Positions 28,911 to 38,763 of a DNA stretch of 54,501 nt are shown one piece after another (the first letter of the stretch is position 1; every line of letters begins with the position of its first letter). The position numbers and the translations under genes are program-made. The stretch lies in contig JBFRWN010000069.1 of assembly GCA_051439605.1 (NCBI GenBank), positions 1 to 54,501 on the forward strand, in the 5' to 3' direction. The notes under the pieces are model-generated. The model was not told where the DNA came from, searched no databases, and worked only from the letters and a program-made list of their open reading frames with translations. Origin of the DNA: Synechococcus sp. (GTDB lineage: Bacteria > Cyanobacteriota > Cyanobacteriia > Thermostichales > PCC-7336).

Positions 28911-30860
28911 ATGAGTTTGAATATTTTGGTCTGGCACCGCTGGTATGCAGGACTAGCGGGGTTTCTCTTGGCAGGCACAATGTCTTCCGTGCCTTCAGAA
29001 GTATGGGCTGAGTCTCATTTTGAAGGGGACTCGTTGACTCCACCGTTAAAAGAGAATGTATCTCGGGCAGCAAATCTATCTCGGTCAACCTCCTTCTCCC
29101 ACAATTTATCTGGGGAGAGCGGTCGCGATGTCATAACCAATATCACAACTGACAAAAACCATCGCTTACTCGCTCAAGCGACCGGAGAGCTGAGCCCCAT
29201 TGACGATATTCCATTGGATCGCACCCAAAGTACCAGTGGCTTTAGTCCCATCGACGATATTCCCCTCAATCGCTCCTCAGAATCTGAGGAACTCAGTCCG
29301 ATCGATGAGATTCCATTAGAAGGAGATCTTTCTTCTGACGAGGCCGAAGGCTCTTCCGAACTAACAGAAGTTGACGAAGCAACAAGAATTGAAGAAGAAA
29401 TTGATGAGTCCTTGCCCGATCGCGGCTTAGTGGCCCCCCCCCCGATCGTTCCAGAAGATCCCCAGGACATTACCACGCCAGAGGCACCTCCCCTCCTCGA
29501 TCTACCAGAGGATATACCTGCTGTGGAAAGCCTCGATGCTGCAGAAACTTTAGAACTGCCGCAGGACCCGTTACAAGTTCGGGTGGAATCGATCCAGGGA
29601 TTAACACTTGACGAAGCCCTGGAGATAGCTGTGGAAAGCAATCCCACGATTAGGCAGGCTGAATTAGATGTGGAGATTGCTCGCAAACAAGTCCGTCAAG
29701 CGCGAGGGGAATATTTTCCCGTGCTATCCACCAGTGTGAACTACAGTTTCAGCGATCCGGCCACTCCCGATCCAGCCACTCCCTTCGATCCGGCCGACAG
29801 TTCATTTGATCCTTCTTCCGTTATAGATAGCAACATCCAGAATTCCTTAAATGGAGAAATTCGGTTTGATTTCACTGTCATTGATGGGGGGGGGCGAACG
29901 GCTCGCAACTTGATTGCCGATCAAGCAGTGGCGATTGCTGAATTCAACCTCGATCAAACCCTTCAAGCGGTGCAGCTTGACGTTGCAACTGCATATTATT
30001 CATTGCAACTGGCCGATACGAACGTATTGGTTGCTGAAGCTCAAGTCGCAGATTCCGAAACAAGTTTGAGAGACGCGGAAGCCAGAGAAAGGGCAGGTAT
30101 CGGTACCCGGTTTGAAGTGTTGCAGGCCCAATCAGAGCTAGCCAATGATGAAGTATCGCTAATTGATGCGCTCAACGACCAGAGGGTCGCACGATTCGAC
30201 TTGGCCAGAGTGTTGAGTTTCGATAATACCGTTGAGGTTGCAGCAATTGACCCCATCGACCCAACCGAAACTTGGGACCTCAGTTTAGAGGAAACTATAG
30301 TAAAGGCATTTGAGAATCGGGCCGAGTTTGAGAGTCTGCGGGAGCAAGTGGAACAATTGCGGCAAGAGGCGCAGAATTCGTTGTCCAATGTCAGGCCCAC
30401 CGTCAACATATTCTCCACATTTGACTATCAGGCTGATTTTGATGGCAACAATTCAGGAAATCCTTTTCTAGAACGAGGCTACTCGGTGGGAGCGAACTTT
30501 AACTGGACCTTCTTTGATGGCTTTCAATCCTTATCGGCAGCGCAACAACAAGATCTGCAAAGGCAGCAAACTCGTATCGGTTTTGAAGAACAGAGAGATA
30601 ATATTCGCTTTGAAGTAGAGGAAGCCTACTTCTCTCTCAATTCATTCCGCGAACAAATCGATGCGGCTAAGGTTGGTTTGGAAAGCGCACAAGAGGAATT
30701 GCGTTTGGCTCGCTTGAGGTTTGAAGCGGGGGTGGGCACTCAAACAGATGTGCTGAATGCCCAAACGCGATTGGCTGAAGCCCGCCAAAATCTCTCCAAC
30801 GCAGTATCCAATTACAATTTGAGCATCGTACAGCTCAAGCGTGCGGTGAATGGCTTGTAG
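28911..30860 (+). CDS. TolC-family outer membrane efflux protein with long acidic N-terminal extension
   Basis: LTLDEALEIA..NP, VATAYY.LQ, RERAGIGTRFEVLQAQ and LARLRFEAGVGTQTDVLNAQ (two OEP repeats). Confidence 0.9.
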   Translation: MSLNILVWHRWYAGLAGFLLAGTMSSVPSEVWAESHFEGDSLTPPLKENVSRAANLSRSTSFSHNLSGESGRDVITNITTDKNHRLLAQATGELSPIDDIPLDRTQSTSGFSPIDDIPLNRSSESEELSPIDEIPLEGDLSSDEAEGSSELTEVDEATRIEEEIDESLPDRGLVAPPPIVPEDPQDITTPEAPPLLDLPEDIPAVESLDAAETLELPQDPLQVRVESIQGLTLDEALEIAVESNPTIRQAELDVEIARKQVRQARGEYFPVLSTSVNYSFSDPATPDPATPFDPADSSFDPSSVIDSNIQNSLNGEIRFDFTVIDGGGRTARNLIADQAVAIAEFNLDQTLQAVQLDVATAYYSLQLADTNVLVAEAQVADSETSLRDAEARERAGIGTRFEVLQAQSELANDEVSLIDALNDQRVARFDLARVLSFDNTVEVAAIDPIDPTETWDLSLEETIVKAFENRAEFESLREQVEQLRQEAQNSLSNVRPTVNIFSTFDYQADFDGNNSGNPFLERGYSVGANFNWTFFDGFQSLSAAQQQDLQRQQTRIGFEEQRDNIRFEVEEAYFSLNSFREQIDAAKVGLESAQEELRLARLRFEAGVGTQTDVLNAQTRLAEARQNLSNAVSNYNLSIVQLKRAVNGL

Positions 30861-30951
30861 ACCGTAGATTCCACTTGTATTAAAGAATGACTTTTTGCGT
30901 TTGCTCTCAAAGGCTGCCAAAACAATGGATTGAGCGATTTTGAAAAATTGC

Positions 30952-30981
30952 TTGACAGAGGTTTTCAGCTATCGCTAAAGT
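30952..30981 (+). promoter_or_regulatory. Sigma70-type promoter of tRNA-Gln
   Basis: TTGACA (30952-30957), 18-bp spacer, TAAAGT (30976-30981), 13 nt before the tRNA. Confidence 0.55.
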
Positions 30982-30994
30982 GTTTAGGCACCAA

Positions 30995-31066
30995 TGGGGC
31001 ATCGCCAAGTGGTAAGGCAGCGGGTTTTGGTCCCGCCATTCGGTGGTTCGAATCCATCTGCCCCAG
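30995..31066 (+). tRNA. trnQ: tRNA-Gln(TTG)
   Basis: TGGGGCA/TGCCCCA acceptor stem, D arm GCCAAGTGGTAAGGC, anticodon arm GCGGG-TT TTG GT-CCCGC, T loop GGTTCGAATCC; CCA not encoded. Confidence 0.97.
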
Positions 31067-31282
31067 TTACAAATCCCAGGAGCGAGAGAGAGGCAACTTT
31101 CTCGCTCTGTCCTGATAGCTGAAGAAATTACACGCGATCGCATCGTCAATCAACAGCTCGGTCGAAACAATCGAACGGCAAATAGTCAGCCATTGATGGG
31201 TCTATTTCAAACTGCAACAGTTCGCTTTTCGCTCATTTAAAGTCCACCACAATAGAAGTGGAATGTTTCCCCCATAAAAGCC

Positions 31283-31912
31283 ATGGCATACGTATGCGAA
31301 CTCGATACCGGTTATCGAGTATATCTAGATAATCAGGGAACACAAACGATCGTCACAACCTGCAGTAGCCTCCCAGGACAACAGCAGCAGGCCAGCAACA
31401 GTATGGCAACAGGGGTCTGGACCGCACCTCCCGAAGCCTATCGGAGTGGAGGCGGGGCAGTATTTAAGATTTCGACTGCTCAAGGGGAACACTTCATCTA
31501 TATTCAGGGCAGTAGCGTGAGTGTGATGGGGGAGTCACCGTCTTTGGGCGGTGCTCAACAAATGCAGGTACAGCAAACTTCGACAGTACCGACTCAAGTC
31601 ATGCAACCCATGCAACCCATGCAGGCGGTGAATATGGGCGCCATGCAACCTATGCAACCTATGCAACCTATGCAACCTATGCAACCCATGAAAATGGGTG
31701 ATATGAAGATGACCACAAGCCCCATGGCAATGCGCATGGGCAATATGGAGATGAGCATGGGATCGTCGGCTTCTGATGCAAGTGGGCAGTCAGAAACTGG
31801 ACGTTCAGCAACAGGGAAAGCAGGAACTCGTCAATTCTGCAGTCAATGTGGAGCCAAAGTCGCTCCTAGCGATCGTTTCTGTTCCAGTTGCGGAAACGCA
31901 CTTGAGGGTTAA
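31283..31912 (+). CDS. Cyanobacterial zinc-ribbon domain protein with Met/Gln/Pro-rich linker
   Basis: N-terminal VYLDNQGTQT...GQQQQAS...TG.WT.PP domain, MQP repeats, C-terminal FCSQCG...DRFCSSCG. Confidence 0.85.
   Translation: MAYVCELDTGYRVYLDNQGTQTIVTTCSSLPGQQQQASNSMATGVWTAPPEAYRSGGGAVFKISTAQGEHFIYIQGSSVSVMGESPSLGGAQQMQVQQTSTVPTQVMQPMQPMQAVNMGAMQPMQPMQPMQPMQPMKMGDMKMTTSPMAMRMGNMEMSMGSSASDASGQSETGRSATGKAGTRQFCSQCGAKVAPSDRFCSSCGNALEG
31601..31690 (+). repeat. 9-bp coding repeat ATGCAACC(C/T) (MQP)
   Basis: Two copies from 31601, then five tandem copies from ~31643. Confidence 0.8.
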
Positions 31913-32215
31913 CAGTTCGGAAATCACAATTGGAAAATTTTAAGGACTCACGTCTTTACGTAAGTTCTACAACGCGGCGCGTAGATTATTACAGTTAGCT
32001 AGCAGGCAGAATGTAGCGTATATGGCAGAAAAATAAATAGATGAACTACTAAAATAGAGTTTCAATATATCTTCTCAACATCCACGCACGAGTCTCCAGA
32101 AAGTTGGCATCAGTTAGCAGGCCGGTGACAGATCAAATTAGTTGAGATTCTTTGGCATACATAGTCTAGATGTGCGGATTGAAAACCCTTACAAGGCCAG
32201 ACTGAAACCGCACTA

Positions 32216-32328
32216 ATACCAATTGCATACGAGCCTGAGCTTAACCTTCCGAACAAATTCCTTGTATAGCAAGGGTTTGAGGGTTGAATCGGCAAATCAT
32301 TACGCGCGCCATTTGGAGAAATTGGTAT
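32216..32328. repeat. Small MITE-like element bounded by ATACCAATT / AATTGGTAT inverted repeats
   Basis: 9-bp terminal inverted repeats enclose ~95 bp, including the semi-palindrome AAATTCCTTGTATAGCAAGGGTTT. Confidence 0.4.
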
Positions 32329-32438
32329 AAATGAATATTAAATAATCGTGATAGTGAGAGGTTTGTCTACTAAAACTAAACTGGAATGATGTCAATTTTG
32401 TCTGTCCAGACACTATTTAAGTTTTGGTAGCAAAGGCT

Positions 32439-35400
32439 ATGTACTTAGACCAAACTAATGAGAATGGTAAAACAGCGGTTTCTCAGTCTGAGGAAAAGAT
32501 CGTATTCTATAGAGGCGTTCCAGTTCGTGCAGACGACAAACGAACAAGAAGGTCTAACCTAGACACTCTTAAGAAAGCCTTTACGGATAACCTGTTATAT
32601 ACCCAAGGAAAGTACGAGTCGATAGCAACCCTTCACGATTACTATATGGCTCTCGCTTATACAATCCGGGAGCAACTCATTCAACGCCGAATTCAGACCG
32701 TCAAAACCTACATCGAACGAAAGAATGTCAAGGTTGTCTACTATCTATCTTTAGAATTTCTACTGGGTCGTCAACTGGGCAAAAATTTGCTCAATTTGGA
32801 TATGTACGACTCAACTAGTCAAGCTTTACAAGAACTAGGAATTAACCTCGCAGACTTGATTGAACAAGAGGCCGAGCCTGGTTTAGGTAACGGAGGATTG
32901 GGGCGTTTGGCGGCCTGTTTTCTCGATTCTCTAGCGACTCTGGAAATCCCAGCGCGCGGCTATGGCATTCGCTATGATTTTGGCATTTTTAACCAAGCGA
33001 TCGAGCGAGGATGGCAAGTTGAATCCCCCGATCTATGGCTGCGTCTGGGGAATCCTTGGGAGATTCCTCGACCAGAATATCGAGTGGAAGTTAAGTTTAG
33101 AGGCCATACCGAAGCTTATGTCGATGCTAGCGGTCGCCATAGGGTACGGTGGGTGTCTCAGCAAACGGTTTTTGGAACTCCCTATGATTTGCTGATCCCT
33201 GGATACAAAAACAACACGGTTAATTGCTTGCGTCTCTGGAGTGCCAGAGCCAGTGAAGAGTTTGATTTTCAAGTTTTCAATGTTGGAGATTATACCCGTG
33301 CCGTAGCTGATAAAACCTTCTCCGAAAATATCACCAAAGTTCTCTATCCCGACGACAGCACTCCTCAAGGAAGAGAACTTCGCTTGCAGCAACAATACTT
33401 CTTTGTTGCCTGTTCTCTCCATGACATCATTCGCTTATTCCTGCGAAATCACGACAACTTTGATTGCTTTCACGAAAAAGTAGCTATTCAACTTAACGAT
33501 ACGCATCCAGCATTAGGTATTGCTGAGTTGATGCGCCTGCTGGTGGACCAATATTTCTTGGAGTGGGATCGAGCTTGGCAGATTACGCAAAACACATTCG
33601 CCTATACCAACCATACCTTGTTACCTGAGGCATTAGAATGCTGGCCCGTGAGCCTTTTGGGTCGTCTTTTACCCAGGCATCTAGAAATTATTTATGAAAT
33701 CAATCATAGATTCCTCGATCAGGTTAAGCAGGAGTATCCCCATGACTTAAATCGCACAGTACGACTCTCACTGATTGGAGAAGGATCCGAAAAGTATGTC
33801 CGCATGGCTCATCTCTCTTGCATTGGGAGCCACTCTGTCAACGGAGTCGCGCAGTTGCATACTCAACTATTGAAACAAGATCTCCTGAGAGATTTCTGCG
33901 CACTTTGGCCTCAGAAGTTCAACAACAAAACCAACGGGGTTACTCCCCGCCGTTGGCTCTTATTGACAAATAAGCGGCTAGTCAATCTCATCTCTGAGAA
34001 ACTTGGTCAAGACTGGATTCGAGATCTCGACAGTCTAAGACAATTGGAAGACTGGGCTGACGATCGCGCTTTTGGTGCAAGCTGGCATCGGGTTAAACAG
34101 GACAACAAGCGAGAGCTGGCAGCCTACATTCGCCGCCATAACGGGATTGAAGTCAATCTCGACTCACTTTTTGACGTTCAAGTCAAGCGAATCCACGAGT
34201 ACAAGCGTCAACTGCTGAACATTCTTTATATCATTACGCTTTACAACCAAATCAAAACAAATCCCGATCTGAAAGTGTTGCCTCGAACCTTTATTTTTGG
34301 TGGCAAAGCAGCGCCTGGCTATTATCTAGCGAAGCTAATTATTAAGCTAATTCATTCTGTTGCTGATGTCGTCAATAATGATGCCGATGTCCACGATCGC
34401 CTTAAAGTCGTATTTCTGGCAAACTACAATATCTCTCTGGGCGAGAAAGTTTACCCCGCGGCCGAACTCTCGGAACAGATCTCGACTGCTGGTAAAGAAG
34501 CGTCTGGAACTGGCAATATGAAATTTGCTCTCAATGGAGCACTCACTATCGGCACCTTAGATGGGGCCAATATCGAGATTCGCGAAGCAGTAGGGGCAGA
34601 GAACTTTTTCCTCTTTGGTCTTACCGCTGAAGAAGTAACTCAACTTCAATCGAAAGGATATAATCCCTGGCACTACTTCAACACTAATCCCTCTCTACAT
34701 CAAGCGATCTCTCAAATTTCCTCTGGTTATTTTTCTCCGAACGAACCCGATTTATTTAGAGCGTTGGTGGACTCGCTACTGCATCGAGACGAGTTTCTCG
34801 TTCTCGCTGACTATCAGGCTTATGTTGACTGTCAGCAACAAATTTGTCAGGCTTACCTCGATCGAGAACACTGGACTCGAATGGCAATTCTAAATGTTGC
34901 TCGCATGAGTAAGTTTTCCTCAGATCGCACGATTCGAGAATACGCAACCGATATTTGGAATGTTCAACCAGTTAAAGTTGGTCGACAAACCAATGAAATA
35001 AATGGAATCAATCCAATCACAGTAAACTCAGAGAATACCTTAGCAACACCTACCGTTGATTTATACAAGCGCCTCTTACATAAAAATGGTTGGAGATCGT
35101 GTGAGGCATCTTTTCTGTTTAATGCCTTAATGAAGTTGGGAGAATGTTTCCCAGAGGGCTTTACAAGAAATGAAGAGTTTAGATGTTTATTCGAAGAATT
35201 TGGATATAATCAGACTCGCATAGAATTACGTTCAGCCATCTATCTGCTTTCCAAAGCTGGCTATGTGACACAAAAGTCGACAAAGCATAGTAATGAAAGT
35301 ATTTTCATAGCTAATGTGCCCGAGTCTGAGCGCCTAATGTCGGAGACAGTAGATGCTATTTTGATACATCGAATTGCTCATTTATGTAGGTTGTATGACG

Positions 35401-35534
35401 TATCTTTCATTCCTGAAATTGCAGCTAAGCTTTTAATTAATTCTTATAATAACGAACAGCTCAAAGTCTTGATTCTAAAGACTCAGTTGCCTTACGAAGA
35501 GTCCGAAACTGAAAATACGATTTCAGTACAATAA
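32439..35534 (+). CDS. glgP: Glycogen/starch/alpha-glucan phosphorylase with ~186-aa C-terminal extension
   Basis: GLGNGGLGRLAACFLDS, QLNDTHP, YTNHTLLPEALE, KRIHEYKRQ, PLP site EASGTGNMK and FSSDRTIREYA (core ends near V850, ~34973). Confidence 0.95.
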   Translation: MYLDQTNENGKTAVSQSEEKIVFYRGVPVRADDKRTRRSNLDTLKKAFTDNLLYTQGKYESIATLHDYYMALAYTIREQLIQRRIQTVKTYIERKNVKVVYYLSLEFLLGRQLGKNLLNLDMYDSTSQALQELGINLADLIEQEAEPGLGNGGLGRLAACFLDSLATLEIPARGYGIRYDFGIFNQAIERGWQVESPDLWLRLGNPWEIPRPEYRVEVKFRGHTEAYVDASGRHRVRWVSQQTVFGTPYDLLIPGYKNNTVNCLRLWSARASEEFDFQVFNVGDYTRAVADKTFSENITKVLYPDDSTPQGRELRLQQQYFFVACSLHDIIRLFLRNHDNFDCFHEKVAIQLNDTHPALGIAELMRLLVDQYFLEWDRAWQITQNTFAYTNHTLLPEALECWPVSLLGRLLPRHLEIIYEINHRFLDQVKQEYPHDLNRTVRLSLIGEGSEKYVRMAHLSCIGSHSVNGVAQLHTQLLKQDLLRDFCALWPQKFNNKTNGVTPRRWLLLTNKRLVNLISEKLGQDWIRDLDSLRQLEDWADDRAFGASWHRVKQDNKRELAAYIRRHNGIEVNLDSLFDVQVKRIHEYKRQLLNILYIITLYNQIKTNPDLKVLPRTFIFGGKAAPGYYLAKLIIKLIHSVADVVNNDADVHDRLKVVFLANYNISLGEKVYPAAELSEQISTAGKEASGTGNMKFALNGALTIGTLDGANIEIREAVGAENFFLFGLTAEEVTQLQSKGYNPWHYFNTNPSLHQAISQISSGYFSPNEPDLFRALVDSLLHRDEFLVLADYQAYVDCQQQICQAYLDREHWTRMAILNVARMSKFSSDRTIREYATDIWNVQPVKVGRQTNEINGINPITVNSENTLATPTVDLYKRLLHKNGWRSCEASFLFNALMKLGECFPEGFTRNEEFRCLFEEFGYNQTRIELRSAIYLLSKAGYVTQKSTKHSNESIFIANVPESERLMSETVDAILIHRIAHLCRLYDVSFIPEIAAKLLINSYNNEQLKVLILKTQLPYEESETENTISVQ

Positions 35535-35562
35535 AAATTCTAATATTTGTCATTAATCACCA

Positions 35563-35985
35563 ATGGAATGGATTACCTATCTAGAAAGTAGCTTGTCTGG
35601 AGTAGCCGAACTTCTAAAGGTCTTTTTGGAAGCTCTCGCACTCCTATGTATATTTCTGGGTTTGGTATCAACAACACAACTGGCACTCGTTCAGTCCTTG
35701 CGTCTACAAGACTACCGCTTTCTGATTTTGCGTCTGCGTTTCGGCTCTTGGCTGGCGTTAGCACTGGAGTTTCAGTTGGGAGCTGACATTATTGCCACCA
35801 CAATCGCCCCTTCATTTGAGGCGATTGGCAAGTTGGGGGCGATCGCTTTGATTCGGACCTGTCTTAACTACTTCCTCAACAAAGAGTTGGAAACAGAAGC
35901 CAAACTGCAAAGGAACATACAGGAGGAGGTTGTCAGCTTGACGGAACATCTCCAAAACTATGCCCCTCAAGAACGCTCTAGGTAA
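35563..35985 (+). CDS. DUF1622 family membrane protein
   Basis: LRLRFGSWLALALEFQLGADI..TT.APS...LGAIALIRT.LNYFL.KE signature. Confidence 0.9.
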   Translation: MEWITYLESSLSGVAELLKVFLEALALLCIFLGLVSTTQLALVQSLRLQDYRFLILRLRFGSWLALALEFQLGADIIATTIAPSFEAIGKLGAIALIRTCLNYFLNKELETEAKLQRNIQEEVVSLTEHLQNYAPQERSR

Positions 35986-36098
35986 AGTAACCGAAGAATT
36001 CATCTATAAAATACGTTGCAGTCAACCGTTGATGCCAATCAAATCATAGGTGAAAGGACATTACCATTTTGGTGGGCAAATGGGGGAGTGGATGCGGT

Positions 36099-37574
36099 TT
36101 ATTGACTGGAGATGTTCTGTTCGACGATCCGCTTGAGAGCGTTCAGATTGTTGCAGGCAAGCTTGAATCTTGGATTGAGAGTAACCGCCCGTTCAAAGTG
36201 CCACTTCGCTCGATCCTGTTGGTGCAGATTGAGATAGGCTACTCCCAAGCTATTGTGGGCCTCGGCGTGATCGGAACGTTCCTCGACCACCTGCTTGAGC
36301 TCATCGATGCCCGCCTGCCACTGCTGCAGATCCACCAACATGACCCCTAACTGGTAACGGGCGGTCATCTGGCGTGGGCTGAGCTCTAATCCGCGTCGAT
36401 AGTGCTGTACAGCCTCCTCTAGCTGTTTGGCTCGGTAGGCTTTGATTCCCGCGAGAAATGCTTGCTCCGCTTCGGAGGGGGGAGCATCGTTCACCTTTAC
36501 CTCTGCGAGCGCTTCATCCGGCAACACGTAAGACGACCTGATAAATTCGTTGTCTTCAATCACCAACTCGGGGTACCGAATGCCGGGGAGCACCTGCACG
36601 GCAAAGATTTCCTGCACCGCATCCTCGAATCCCAAAAAGGCCACAATTTCCCCCTGCTCGATGTTGACCACCCACACACCGCATGAGCGTTCGCTGGTGC
36701 GTTCGGTGAGGGGAATGCCGCTAAAGACCGCCGATTCGCGCACCTGTGACAGGCCCACAAAGGCTAACGGTCCGTAGAAATCTAACCCTCGCGTAAACCC
36801 AGGGAGTTTGATGACGTGCTCTACCTGGCCGTTGGATAAATCCACCGTGCAGAGGCTTCCTTCGCCGGATTCCAGCATCCAAAGGCGATCGCGATACCAC
36901 CGAGGAGAATGGGGCATGGACAACCCCTGCACAATGAATTCGCTGGAGGGAACATCCATCAAAACGCCCCCTCTGGCCTTATTCTCACGCCAGCCACCCA
37001 CTGTATCGGCAGTGCCCAGTGCTGTGACGTATTTCGGTTCCCCATCCACCAGTTCCAGCCCGTTGAGATGACAGCGATCTTCAGGGGCATAGGCCGTTAC
37101 AAACGGGGGGCGCCAGCGAGGAACAAAACTGTGGCCGAGATCTTGCGTACACAAACAAGAAAAGCGGGTGTTGACGAACCACAGCCCTTCGTTGCCCCAG
37201 GCCATTTCGTGGATATCGATGTCCCCTGTCACGTGCATGTTGCGGGGTAAATAGCAGGCGTCGTGTTTTCCGGCTGGCTCCAGTTTGGGAGCGACGTCGG
37301 GAACGTTGCGAAATTCCCAAATACGCGAACCGCTGCCGATCGCCAGGCGACCTTTGCCATCGCTGGCTAACCCCATGGGCTTTTGAAACAGACGAAAGTG
37401 GGTGTTGAGGGTATCCCCATCCCCCCGCACCAACACCACCTTGCCAGCCTGGTAAGTGGACACCACCAGAGATAGCCCCAGTTGCTGCAACAGTTGAGGA
37501 AAATTCGAGGTGTGAACGCTACGGAGCGGTTCGAGAGTTGCCGAGGAGTTTGATGTAGGAGAATCAGCTTTCAT
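36099..37574 (-). CDS. TIGR03032 family (DUF4915) protein with C-terminal TPRs
   Basis: STYQAGK, TGDIDIHEM, FVNTRFSCL, SFVPRWRPPF, PEDRCHLNGL, GLSMPHSPRW and LPGFTRGL motifs; three TPR-like repeats at the C-terminus. Confidence 0.9.
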   Translation of the reverse strand: MKADSPTSNSSATLEPLRSVHTSNFPQLLQQLGLSLVVSTYQAGKVVLVRGDGDTLNTHFRLFQKPMGLASDGKGRLAIGSGSRIWEFRNVPDVAPKLEPAGKHDACYLPRNMHVTGDIDIHEMAWGNEGLWFVNTRFSCLCTQDLGHSFVPRWRPPFVTAYAPEDRCHLNGLELVDGEPKYVTALGTADTVGGWRENKARGGVLMDVPSSEFIVQGLSMPHSPRWYRDRLWMLESGEGSLCTVDLSNGQVEHVIKLPGFTRGLDFYGPLAFVGLSQVRESAVFSGIPLTERTSERSCGVWVVNIEQGEIVAFLGFEDAVQEIFAVQVLPGIRYPELVIEDNEFIRSSYVLPDEALAEVKVNDAPPSEAEQAFLAGIKAYRAKQLEEAVQHYRRGLELSPRQMTARYQLGVMLVDLQQWQAGIDELKQVVEERSDHAEAHNSLGVAYLNLHQQDRAKWHFERAVTLNPRFKLACNNLNALKRIVEQNISSQ

Positions 37575-37746
37575 ATCCGCACTCTTCACAATTGCCTGTC
37601 TGTCTCATTCTTCGCAAGATTAAGGGAATGGGGGTCTTACAGCCCAACTTTAGCGGCAAGTTTATGACAACGATGGAGCAATAGCTTGTCATCTCGGCAA
37701 CCAGCGATGGCGGCCAATCAAAAGCGGTTTAGCGAGCCTCTCAAGG

Positions 37747-38067
37747 TCAATCCTCTGGGCTTTCCTCTCGAATCCAATACCAAGCATTCCAACAACCGAT
37801 CGCCACCCCCACAAATAACAGCATTAACGTCCAAGAATACTGACTGGGCCATCGGCGATCGATCCAAGCCCCAATCGCAATCCCAATTAATGTCGGAATA
37901 CTGACACTCCATCCAACCAGGCCAAAGGTGCCCATCCAAAACCACACCCCTCGTTCTCCTTCCTGTCTGGCCTGTTGCTTTCGGGTAGATTTCTCCCGAA
38001 TTTGCTGGCGAAATCCAGTCCGAACCTGACGCCGATCCCGAATCTTATCGCCATCAGGTTCTGTCAT
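37747..38067 (-). CDS. atpQ: N-ATPase accessory subunit AtpQ (AtpZ/AtpI family)
   Basis: GTFGLVGWSVSIPTLIG..IG.WID...SWTL.LL..G...GCWNAWYWI; overlaps the epsilon gene. Confidence 0.85.
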   Translation of the reverse strand: MTEPDGDKIRDRRQVRTGFRQQIREKSTRKQQARQEGERGVWFWMGTFGLVGWSVSIPTLIGIAIGAWIDRRWPSQYSWTLMLLFVGVAIGCWNAWYWIREESPED

Positions 38068-38473
38068 TGCCGATCCCTCTCATTTCGGCAAATCCCCGCA
38101 TAAAACCCGCCTCCAGCTTAGCCAGAGCGGAGCGCGATCGCTTTTCTCGCTCGTCCAAGATGCGAAAGTTCTCCTCAACCGCTTGGAGCAACGAGTCCAG
38201 ATCGCCCCCCCGAATCGCTTGCCGAGTCGCCACCAACACTTCAGCACCGCACTTGACCAGCACACCGCGATCGATCGCCAGAAAGATTTCTTCCCCCATT
38301 GCGTCTTCAGAGGTAAACGACAGAATACCGGGGACAAGTGTGGCCACAAAATCGATATGGTTGGGTAACAAACAAAAAGAGCCGTTCGTCGCCTCTGCAG
38401 TAATTTTGTTTGCTCGGGCCACCAGAAAGATGCCGGTGGGCAGCAAAACTTTCAGTTGCATTTCAGTTTTCAT
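38054..38473 (-). CDS. atpC: N-ATPase (alternative F0F1) epsilon subunit
   Basis: MQLKVLLPT...KITAEATNGSFCLLPNHIDFVATLVPGIL...GVLVKCG.EV...RSALAKLE. Likely start ATG 38473. Confidence 0.88.
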   Translation of the reverse strand: MKTEMQLKVLLPTGIFLVARANKITAEATNGSFCLLPNHIDFVATLVPGILSFTSEDAMGEEIFLAIDRGVLVKCGAEVLVATRQAIRGGDLDSLLQAVEENFRILDEREKRSRSALAKLEAGFMRGFAEMRGIGNDRT

Positions 38474-38763
38474 GAGAGCTTGAGTCGTTTTCGACCAGAA
38501 AGCGACGCTCAGTTCGGAAGTGTTGTTGTGCTTGACTTTCTTAGCATAAGTATTACTTAACATCTCCCGAGCACTAAATGTGAATAAAGTTAATCCTTGC
38601 CTTTCAGAGTTAGACGCTGAGCATAGTAAGGTTTGTAGGCTTAATGCCTTTTTCTGGCCGCAAATTACTTGAATCCCTTTGCTGTTTCTCCTGTCGCCTC
38701 AATCAATCGAAACTCGGCGGTCGCGGTAGGACAAAAACGCGATTGTACTGGGGCAACACCAGA

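Noticed and set aside
4620..31690. Tandem repeats (15-bp at 4620 and 23650, 9-bp at 31601) as possible CRISPR arrays
   Set aside because: They are in-frame coding repeats without spacers, and there are no cas genes.
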